From NCBI GenBank assembly GCA_030693145.1, contig JAUYBI010000071.1:10354-74353 (forward strand): a DNA stretch of 64,000 bases, read 5' to 3'. The first letter of the stretch is position 1, and the number at the start of each line of letters is the position of its first letter. Source of the DNA: Candidatus Omnitrophota bacterium. GTDB taxonomy: Bacteria > Omnitrophota > Gorgyraeia > Gygaellales > Profunditerraquicolaceae. The notes under the pieces were generated by a model, which searched no databases, was not told the origin of the DNA, and saw only the letters and a list, made by a program, of their open reading frames with translations. Of the stretch, positions 32,601 to 44,600 are shown piece after piece. The translations under genes were made by a program, and so were the position numbers.

Positions 32601-35600
32601 AAAATGGCCGAAGGATAAAGCATATCGCCATTAATTTAGAAGCTGTATTTGGGAAGGATGTTTTAATAATATGGGATAGTTTATATAATTCTTTACAGGG
32701 CAAGAGGCAGTTTCAGATAAGCCGGATAGTGGAAAGTATCAAATCGGGTGTGGGGAGCCTGAGCAAGAAAGGCGCGGTGAATGTTCTGGTTGCTTCCGGT
32801 GATATGTTAGGAGAACAAGGCCACAAACAGATTATCGAACCATTTAACAGGGCATATAATAGCGGCATAGATCTGGATAGTAGAATAAAAGAAGATTTTG
32901 GAGTAACGGAAATAAAAGGTGACAAGGTTATTATAATCCGCGCTGAAGAGAAGAATGTGTTGAATGGGGCGCCCGCCGTAGTGAATATAATAACAGACGG
33001 AGAAATGCCTGTTGGGATTATAGACGCGGTAGTAACCGGCCTGTACGAGCAAGGGGAAAAGAGTTTTATCAAAGGGTTTATGAATCTGTATGAAAACGGA
33101 GCAGAATTAGTATTGGGTTACAAAGTACTTGATATAAATGGCGTAAGGGTAAAATTGAAATACGATAACGAAGAGAAAAAAGAATACCCCGTAATTTACA
33201 TTACTATAAGTATGTACGACGTCGCTAAGATGTTAGAAACAATAGCCGGAAAAAACTGCGCTTTGGACGGCGGTAAGGATTCGCAAGATACGGGTTATCT
33301 ATTGAGTAAAAATGAGGTTCGCGCGGCTACTTTGGCTGGGGTGGGGTTAGTTGTTTTATCCTTTATTCTTTCAGCGTATGGTTTTGAAGATTTAGCAATT
33401 GCCAGCGGAGCGATTGGGTTTATGTTAACTGCTGTCGTAGCGATAACCTGGTTAGCCATTAAAATTAATCCTCAGATTAAAGAGGTTTATTTAGAGGCGC
33501 TGGAAAACGCTAATGAGCCGGTGGCCATATCAACCGTTTCCGGGGAGGAAGAAATTTCTAATACAGTTTTACCAATGGAAACAGAAATGAGAATAGAAGG
33601 GGATATTATTCATCACAATTTCTCTCCCAGCCGGATCGGTGAAAATAAAGCAAACGGGTTAATCACTAAAACAGTTGCAGCAATTGATAAGGTTAACAGC
33701 GCCGCAGGCGTTAATTCTGCATATATGAGCCGCTTAGATATGTTAGCCGGATTATGCCTTTCTAACGGAATTATCGGAGTTTGGTATTTTATTAAATATT
33801 GGAATGCGTATGGAATGGACCCGACCAAGACCTGCGAACAGTTGCTTTTGGGTAAGCAGGTATATGGTTATCCTCACCCGCGGCAAGTCGATATCTGGCT
33901 GGCTTGGAAAGATAACGCGCCCCTGGGTTATGCCGTAGCGTTAGGGCCAGATAAATACCGCCATATAGCTTATGTAGCGGTTGTTCCTGCAATGAGAAAG
34001 CAGGGAGTTGGGCTTAATTTAATGAAAGAGTTTTTTGAATATGCCAGGAGCCAGGGAATCGCAGAGTCATCTTTACATGTTAACGCAGATAATCTAGGGG
34101 CCTTGGGATTATATAGGAAAGCAGGTAGGTTTGCGGATAAAGTAGTAGAAATGGTAAAGGAAACCCCGTCCGGCATTGCTCAAATAAGAATGGAATTTTC
34201 TATTAATCGCGGGAAGGGAGACAACAAGCAGGCTGACGGCGGTTTGCTTAGGGCTGGGCCGGTGTTTAGTGAACGTGCTTGTGGCGATATTGATCGATCC
34301 CCAGCCAAACTAGGATTACGAGAATTATGGCGCTTAGGGTTAAAAGGGCGGTCATATCAATCTTCCTCCAAATTTCCTTTTGGGCAGACAAAAATTGCTC
34401 CTACCACTGAAAGAATCGTTGTTAATATAAAAGCAGTTTTCCACGGCATCGCTGCTTTAAGGAAGGCTTCTGAAATAAATAAAGCAATTACTAATGCCTG
34501 GAATAAATTTATTAAAGCTTTTGCAATTAACCGTCTGCGCGAATCTGTCCAAAATACATCTTCTTTCATTGAAAAAATACTACCATATCTTATTAGAGTT
34601 GTCAATAGCAATAACTTTAGAGATTCTTCGTCGCTGACGCTCTTCAGAATGACGAGGAGAGTAATTGAATTTGACGGCGGCAGAACGATAGTAGATTTTC
34701 TAAAGAAAGTTCCGTTAAAAGTTTGGCTTTTGATTCTCGCGGCTGTTTCACTTTTATTATTCAACGTACCTACGGTAACCGGTGCTTTGGCTGTTCCGGT
34801 TCTGGTGGTGGTGGGGATAACAATTTCCGGGACAACAATCGCGATTTTGGTACTTATAGTAATTATAGGAGTGTTGGCTGTTAAGAAATCTTGGCCTGTC
34901 ATAGCTCACCTTGCGGGTTTTGCTGGGGTATTGTTTGGCGTTTCGAAGTTACCGTTAATATACGCAGCAGCAAGTAATTTTGGTATGTTAGGCGCGTTAG
35001 GGTCATTTGTTGTTTCTACAGGAATAATCGTTGGCGCGATGTTCTTCTTCTTCGCGCTTATTGTAGATTATAAGAAATACGGGAAAGCAGAATTACATTA
35101 TACAGGTAAAGGCATTACTTCTTCCTTAGAAGACTATCAGATGCTTGCTTTGCAGGATATCGCGAAAGAGTATTCAAAAGAGTACTCAAAAAATAGTTTC
35201 AGCACAAAGAAGCTTTATTCGTTATATAAAAATAATCCCCGTTATCTAATAGCTGCGTTTGCGGCTGGTTTTATTATCGCGGCTGGTTTTATATTATTTA
35301 TTCCTACAGTTTTTATTGCAGCTACTATCTTAGAATCGTTGGCGTTAGGCGTATTGTTCCCTTATCTTGCGCATGTATTTCTGGATTTCTTTGGTAAATA
35401 TTCATTCGAGAATTTACATAATGTTGAAAATTTACAAAAGATTAAAGATTCTAAGGAGTTTGAAGAACGAGCTAAAAAATATAAAGGCGAGCTTGAGCGG
35501 GTGCGCAATCCCGAGACAAGGGAAAAAGAAGGAACTACGGATTATAGTGTGTTTATCTACGAATCAAGGATTATTCGCGCTAAGTTAGCCTTTCGCTTCC

Positions 35601-38600
35601 CGCTGGAATTCGGAATTGCCCAATTTTTTACACAGAGGCTCGTTTTCGCAATCGGTTCATTCGTTCTCTCAAGGGCGATAGTGCCTTTGATTATCTCCAA
35701 AGAGACGGCAATGGGCGCGTCTTTAACCACAAGCCTCGCTAATTTACCTTGGGGGATTGGAGCTACTTTAACTGGCTTAGGATTTGCTTTAAGTATAGAA
35801 GGAATTTTAGGTATCCTGATTCTTGCTTTTTTCCTGGGCACATTACGTATTCCTGAAGAGGCAAAGAGCTTGGTTAAAACTTTTCAGAATAAAGGAGGGA
35901 AGATGGGCGAGATTTTTATTACAGCCTGGAGCCCATTAAGCAGGAATGATTTATTCGATAAAAAAACAGACTCTGCAGATTATACGGATTTCAAAATTAA
36001 GATATACACAGTTGTTTTCTTAAGCAAGTTTTTGGCTTTCCTGCCGTTAGCGGTATTTACCGTGTCATTATTTACCGCGCCCTATCTGGCTTTAGTTATT
36101 GGCGTAATTTTGGGGGTCATTCTTTTAAGCAAAAAGATGAAATTAATAAACAATTTTTGGTTAGGTTTTTATTCCTCTCAACTTGAAAATTTACTCCGGA
36201 GCAGCGGAGGCTTATTTATTGTGGCCGGAGAAATTGGGATGGTCGTTGCTTATGGCCAATATATTCCGGTGGTAAGCTTAATTGTCCAAGCATTTGAAGT
36301 GGATGCGTTAAAGTGGGGCAATCAAGTAGTTGAGAATGTTGAGTATCAATCGGGAGTTTCTTTCTCCGGGGAAGTTTATCATACCTTAGGCGGAAAAGAA
36401 GATTTGAACGTTTGGTGGAATGATGTTTATAAAGAAAGAGAACTGCAGGAGAGTAAAGTCTTAAAATCCTCCGAAAGATTATCTCCGATCGCTGCGGTAA
36501 AATTGGAAGCTATGAATAAACAAATAGCCAGTGTTCCAGAAGCTTATTATTTCCAAAAGATAGGCGATGGCAGCCAGGCGGTTAGGGTTTATCCTCCGTT
36601 AAATGATGGGGAAATAATGAACGCAAAAGTTGTGGATGTGAATGGATCGGTTGTTTTTGAGAAAAATTATACGCGCGGGCCGCCGGTGATCTTAACTGTT
36701 GAGCAGCTTGGTTTAGGCAACAAGACTATTCTTGTAAACAATCAGAGTTACAACATCAATTTTACCTCTTTCCCTTCCCCCTTACCTAAAGGATATGAAG
36801 CAGCGGTGGGCTTAGAAGACAAAGACGGCTCATATGTTTGGTTTAATGCTACCGATTATTTCTTCAAAGATGAGTTTCTACCCGACGCAAATACGAATAA
36901 CGCAAAACTGGATAAACTGGTTTTTGATAACGGGCTGAGATTACCCGATAACAGCAGTGTAAAGGGCGTTATAGATATAAATATACCTGATAATAATCAG
37001 ACACTTCGTTATAACTTCGCAAGCGCAAATATAAACGGAAAGCCTGCGAACTCCTCCTACTATATGCCAGGCGAAGCAAATGCCTCTAACAGCCCGCTTG
37101 ATAAATCGAGAATTTATCTAAATGCGGAAGAGTTTGCAAAATTACATTCAAATGAAACCACGGCCAGCGTGAATATGAGCGAAAAAGACATTAGTGCTCA
37201 AGTTGCGAATTTACTTAAGTCAGGGTTTGATAATTTTACGATAGCCGCTGTTACAGAGAAGAACGTAAAGGTGATAGATACGATTATAGAAGAATTGAAC
37301 AAGCCGAGTGCAACGGTTAATGTAGTTAAAACGCCGTCCGGAAGTGAAATTAATAAGTCGATGCCTACTGCAAATGAAACTGAAGTAATTGTAAACGAAA
37401 CCGGCTTAAAGACATTTGTGTCAGATAAGAATACTGTTCGTTATTATCCGGAAATTATTAAGGTTACCGTAAGCTCAACTAATAAAACTGCAGGCGTATA
37501 CGCTAAGGATATAGATAGTTATAAAGGTAAAGATTGGGGATTCTGGTCATTTATCGGGAGATATCTTGACTGGAATGATATAGCAGTTACTTATACTGAT
37601 GCGCTTGGCAATCTAAGGCAGGGCTATGTAAGCGAAGACGCGGACATTAATTATTCTTATGAGGAAGTAGCCGAGTTGCTAACAAAAGAAGAGACGGCTA
37701 AAAACATTACGAACCCGAATGTTACAATTCCTCCAGTCACTGTGCCTAAAGAGTACAATCGAACGAAGATTATACCTGATTTTCCTCGTGAGGGCACAGG
37801 CGGCGGAGGAGGAGGAAACGAACAATTTCAGCCAACGATAGGGTTATCAATTCCGGAATGGTATTTTTATTTCCCCACTACACACAGCGGGTTTGAGCGA
37901 TTTGATTGGACAAACAGCACAAACCTTACCGGCTATCCAAGTGCTAAGGTAGCTTTTTATACGTTATATGTTAGAAACGCAACTACAGGAAGGGATGATT
38001 TGATTTTAAACACCGGGAATAATATTTCAACTATGGATATTTTCCCGGGCATTATATCTGACGGCACGTATGATGTTTCCGTGAGGGCATTGTCCGGGCA
38101 ATGGGCAGCTTCCGGGACAGTGGTAAGTGAAAAGAGCGCTTCTGTAAGAGTAAACGTAACTACTGTTCCCGATCCGGCGCTTAATTTAAATGCCAGTATG
38201 TCAGGCATAAATCTTACTTTCAATGAAATTTTTCCTCCTATGGAAACGTTTATACTTCTTACAAGGTCAGACGGCGTAATTGAGATGATAAATGTTACTG
38301 GCGAGAATCATCATGTATTCTACAATCTGCCTGAGGCCATGCATAATGCTAAGATAGTGGCTATAAACGGGGTTACCAGCCGCGGCAATATCACTGATAA
38401 CAACTTTAATTTTATTTACTCTAATCTGACATGGCCCGATATGCCGGCGAGTAATTCCACCGATGTAAACGGCAGGGCAGTTATTGAATTCCAGAACGGC
38501 ACAAGATTACTTCCCGCAAATATTAAAGAATTATGGGTAAAGGTAACCGGAAGTGAACCCCCGTTCCGAAATATTGGAACCGGCGCATTATCTAATAATG

Positions 38601-41600
38601 GAACGAACGTTACTTTTACTTTTGGGAAGTCTGATAATAATAGAAACGTTACCTTAGAATTTTATGCGCTGAATATGTCAGACGACAGGCAAATCCGTCT
38701 GAGCTCTCCAATAGTGATACCTGATGTAGATTCAGACCCATCGCCATATACTATCCCTGCCATTAGTAATTATTTCCAGAATGGTGGTGGAGATGTTACT
38801 ATCAGGTTAAATCAACTGCTGCCTATTAATATTACAGGCATGGGGATGAATGTTTCCTCTTTAAATAACACCGCTGTAAGTAATTTCTGGACGCTGAATT
38901 TAACCGATGTATATAATGACAGCACAAACAACATTACTCTCAAGCTGGGTGAGAATCCGCAGGTAGCAGGAAGAGAGATAACCTTTGCCTTAACTGGATT
39001 CGATAATATAGGAAAGAAAACTGCGGATAGCGGCGCAGTGCATTTTGATATGATTAATCCTAAGGTAAATATTAGCTTACCGGCAATAACTGGAACTGAT
39101 AAGAGCCAGATAGATTTGGGAGTAGGCCAGAACGCTACGATCAACTTTACCATTACCAACCCGGGAAATTACGCCTCAGTAAGTGATTTGCTTGCCCAGA
39201 ATAATACCTTAGCCTGGGAAAGCCTCACCGGCGCAAACCAGAGCCTGGCTCAGGAAATTGTCAGAACCGGAACCGCCACCATCTGGTATCAAGCAAATAA
39301 AACCGGGAGTACCGAGCATTATACTAACCTGACCTTTAGCGGCATAGATAGCTCAAACTCCATAGCTTTTACGCCAGGGTTTAATGTTACTTATGCTGTG
39401 TATTCAGATGAGGGTTTAACCCGGTTCAGCAGCTTTAATGAGCCAACAACATTCAATATTGCTCTTGGCGGCAACCACACTGTAACCGGCAGCGTGGTTA
39501 ACTTAGCCAATCTCTCGAAAGTCAACGCAATCGACGCTGACCTGTATTATCTGAATAACACCTTAAAACAAGAGAATGCCAGGATCTTCAATACCACTCA
39601 AGCCCAGGCAGGGTTGAATAACGGCCAGTTAACCTTTAGCTATGACGCCAATAACTCCGGCAGCGGCCTGATCTTCGCTAACCTGCGTTCAGTAGATGCC
39701 AACAACACCCGTTCCCCAGTCAGCGCCAACAACTTAACCATCACCTATCCGGAAAGTATTGACCCCGGTTTAACCCGCTTTAGCAGCTTTAACGCCCCGA
39801 CTACTTTTAGCATTAACCTCGGCGCTAACCACACGGTTACCGGCACCGTGGTTAACCCCGCGAATATCTCCAGAGTCCAGGGCATTGACGCGGACTTATA
39901 TTACTTAAACAATACCTTAAAACAGGAAAATGCCCGCATCTTTAACGCCACGCAAGCCCAGGCGGGTTTAGCCTCAAGCAGCCTGACCTTTAGCTATGAT
40001 GCCAACAACAGCGGTCTGATCTTTGCTAACCTGCGTTCTGTCGACGCCAACAACACCCGCTCGCCAGTCAGCGCGAACAACTTAACCATTACTTATCTGG
40101 AAAGTATCGACCCCGGTTTAACCCGCTTCGCCAGCTTTAACGCCCCCACGGCTTTTAGCATTAACCTCGGCGCCAACCACACGGTTACCGGCACAGTAGT
40201 CAACCCTGCGAATATCTCTAAAGTCAACGGCATCGACGCGGACTTATATTATTTAAACAATACCTTAAAACAGGAAAACGCCAGAATCTTTAACGCTACG
40301 CAAGCCCAGGCTGGTTTAGCCGCTAGCAGGCTGACCTTTAGCTATGACGCCAATAACTCCGGCAGCGGTTTGATCTTTGCCAACCTGCGTTCTGTCGACG
40401 CCAACAACACCCGCTCCCCAGTCAGCGCCAACAACTTAACCATCACCTATCCGGAAAGTACTGACCCCGGTTTAACCCGCTTTAGCAGCTTTAACGCCCC
40501 GACTACTTTTAGCATTAACCTCGGCGCTAACCACACGGTCATTGGCACCGTAGCCAACCCCGCGAATATCTCTAAAGTTAACGGCATTGACGCGGACTTA
40601 TATTATTTAAACAATACCTTAAAACAGGAAAACGCCCGCATCTTTAACGCCAGCCAGGCCCAGGCCGGTTTAGCCTCAAGCCGCCTGACCTTTAGCTATG
40701 ATGCCAACAACAGCGGTCTGATCTTCGCCAACCTGCGTTCAGTAGATGCCAACAACACCCGCTCCCCAGTCAGCGCCAACAACTTAACCATCACCTATCC
40801 GGCTACCAATGTTTCAGATACACTCTCTGATACCGTCCTTATGCCTAATATTACTCCTCCTAGCAGTATTACTACTTATGACGGCACTTGGAGATTTAAT
40901 TTCAGTTCTCCGGTGAATGTCTCCGGCACCAAAGAGATTCGTTTTGAAAATGTCACGGTTAACGGCACAGCTGAACCTTATATTTGGATGATGGCCAATG
41001 ATTCAGCAAATGTCAGCCTTATGCTTGGCAAAGGCACAGGCGAATACATTAATGGTACGCTGAACAAAACCTTATACAATAACAAAATCATCCGCGGCCA
41101 ATTCAGGTTTGTGGATCTTAGCGGCCGGTTCACCAATTTAAGCGAATTAGTAGAGATTATCGACCCGGATCCGGTTAATATTACTATTGAGACAAACAGT
41201 TCAACTCAGGTAGCGAATACATCAGCCGCCTCTAACATAACAGAAACAAGCAATAGCTCAATTACCGTTACTACTGCGATGGGTATAGAACAGATGACTA
41301 CAAATACTACTGGCATTATTAAAAGCACAATTATAGATGCTAAGGGCGCGGTTAAAGCAAGTATTGAGAATAATTTAGATGAAGAGACAACTATGGTGCG
41401 TGATAGTAATGGAGTTCTTTTGTATATCGGCGGCGGCTTTGGCGCGCGCACCGTAGCGGCAATCGATAGCGAAAATTCAACCGCTTATTTAACGCGGAAG
41501 GATTTAGTGCGTAATGTTATGTATTTTGAGAAATTTTCTATTGATAAAAACGGAAAGCTTGCTTCTATTCCTGAAGCGAAGATTAATCTTGATGGCACTC

Positions 41601-44600
41601 CTTACAATTTTGATGGTCAAGGGCTGCATTATTTCAAGAAAATCAACCGTTCCGCGGTAACCTCAACATTGGATGGCTGGGCAATTTATCAGCAGGCTAA
41701 CGGCGATAAAACAGTAATCTCAAATCCTGACGGCACACCATTCAGCAATATCAACAGCCGTGTCAATTACAGCGCATATTTGAACGATACAGTCAGGCTG
41801 ATGAACGATACCGCGGCAGTAAAGTTATTTAGCGGGGATATTATTAGGGTTAAATATTTTGTATATTATAAAGGCATCGATGGTTATGACGAACGCTTAA
41901 ACGGGATCATTACCGATAATTACCGATTTATATCCGCTAATCAGATAGATAAGGGTATTTTGGTTAATGGGACAGAATATAATTTTGTCCTGCCCAGGAC
42001 AGTAAGCCCGCTTTGGTCCGAACGATTTATAGCGCCGAATCCTTCCGCGGAGTTTTTTAATATCAGCAATGTTACTAAAGATGCCGCGCGGGAGATGGAA
42101 GTTCCGGATGGAAAAGGTTATGTTTCCCTAGAGGATAGCGGTAATAGTTCTAATGTAGTTCATGATGTGGCAGTAATTCCGTTAGAAACTTCCGGCAACT
42201 GGCAGTTAGGTTCTGAGCAGACGATAGGCAACAGGCAGATAATTATCTGGGTAAATAACAGAATAAATGTTACCAAGGTAAGAGAGGTAGATTTAAATGC
42301 AAAAACCATAAACGTTTCATCCGCGGCTAACCCCAGCAGTTCACCGAGCGACGGAATAGGTTATCGGGACATCATTATCAATAAAAAAGGGAATGTTAGC
42401 ACGGAAGGAAAAATAATTAATCCTATACCTGAGCCAACCGGTAAGCTGACAGACACTATGCCCGCAAATGATATTGAGAAGGAAGCTGTTCTTGCCATAG
42501 CGCGAAATGCCAGCATAGAGCAGGCGTATCCCCATATAATCGAATGGTCATCATACAAGGTTATAAGGGGAGAAAGAGAAGGTACTCTTGTATACCAGAT
42601 GTATAGTTCAGCAGGAGATGCCTCAGGAGCGCTTGTATTTGAATGGAATCCCAAGCAAAATGCGGCAACGGTGTGGGGAGATGCCTCTCATCCGTACTGG
42701 ACAGTGGATACGCTGAGACAGCGCGGGGAGATCGTAGACTTCATATTAGGCGGAAGAAAGATTTCCGTAAACAATGTTATCAATGAATATGATATATCCA
42801 GAGTAGGCGGCCAATCTACGGTTGAGACAATGAATCTGCTGAAGAATGAAGTGGTTACCGACAAATATTCCGGCGCGATTGCTTCGTCTTCTACCGTTCA
42901 AGAGATAAAGAGTTATTTCGCCCAGAATGGCCTTATATATGCGGCAGATAAAACCGGAAAGATAATGCAGTTAATTATTCCGGCAAATTACAATTCTAAA
43001 GATGGAAGCCGCCAGGTCATTGCCGTAGATTTAAATGATAATAAGTATCGCATAGAACTGCGCACCTACAGTCAAGAAGGCAATCGTCTGTCAACCGTTT
43101 ACAGTACGCACAGCGTAGAACATACTTACAGCCCGGATTTCTTCCCTGGATATCCGGTGGAAACAAAAGTTATTCCTCGTGAGTTGACCGGAGAAATAAA
43201 TTTCACGGAGAAAGAAATTTTAATAAACCACTACAATAAAACTTTAGCTGTTAGTGCTTCCACCTGGATGCGGGCTGATGAGCTTTTCACGGATGGGGAA
43301 ATCGCCAGGATGGGATTACAACGGGATACGCATTTATACGCGTTCCTGTATATTAATATTAAGGAAGGCAAAACCTCTATCCGCTATAAAGATGAATCAG
43401 GGACGGTTGAAGCTGAAAAAATTGGGGATAAGCTTATTATCAGAGGCCCGAATTACCTGATGAGCGTTGATGACGTGAACACCTACGACGCCGCCCTTCA
43501 GGCTTATAAAGCTGCTATGAACGGAGAAACAAAGAAGGCCAGGAGCATTATTAACACTTACATGAAACTTCATAATCCGGAGCAGGGTATTTTATCGGTG
43601 CGTTACGATACCAAAGGCCGGACAATGAAAGAAAAATCCTTCAAAACCGGAGAAATTCTGTGGATGGCTATGGCCAGCAACAAAGTTTCGCAAAACCCGG
43701 GAGATATTTACGATACCTTCTCTAAGACATTATTGGAAGAAATTTACCAACAGCGTAATTCGACGAATTCGCCGAACGGGCTTATTGTTGATACGGGGGT
43801 AAATGGCGTGAGTTCAGAACAGATGCTGGATGCTTATTCAACGGCTGTCAAAAATAATGATATTGCCAAGGCTAATGCCACACTGCAGTGGTTGATTAAT
43901 AACACGTTCACCAAAGAAGGTAACAATCTGGTGTGGATTAACCGAGGTTACAATGATCGGCTCTGGGCAACAGACGTTGCAACCTGGTCAATTCTCAGCA
44001 TCAGCCCGGAAACACTCGCTGGAAATAATATCGAGCCTTATCAGGTTTATCAGTTAATCGTCAAAAACAGCGAAGTAACCGTTTCTTGGAATAACAGAAC
44101 GATCACCGGCCTGGATACAAATGATCAAAATGAAAGAAATGCTATAGGCAGAGATGGTGAGATTAATACTGAATGGACTGAAGGCGGTATAATCGCGTTC
44201 TATAAAATCGCGAAGTATTATATCAATAAGGCCGATGACGCGGACAAAGCCGGGAAACCGGAATTAGCCAAACAGTATCGCGGCTGGGCCAAAGAAATAA
44301 TCGCGAAAGCGGATTTGTATAATGACGCGATGGATAAGCTTACCTTCGGCGGTGGAGTCCTGGGCACAACTATGGATGGAGCGTTAACTTTTACCAAAGA
44401 GCACAGCGGCTGGAATTTGATTCAGGAACCGTCTGTTGCCGCTACAACCTGGAAAAGCTTCATACAGAGAAACGACGACACACGCAGCTGGTACAATCCG
44501 TTTAGAGATGAATATGAAGCCCTGAAATTCAATTCCACGACCAATGCCTCTAATATTCTGTCAATCAACGAAACAGATTTTAGGGAAACCATGAACAAAG

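Noticed and set aside
39406-40802. Regular tandem repeats that could be mistaken for a CRISPR array
   Set aside because: Units are 348-354 nt, in-frame, and encode a conserved protein repeat. There is no short repeat-spacer structure.
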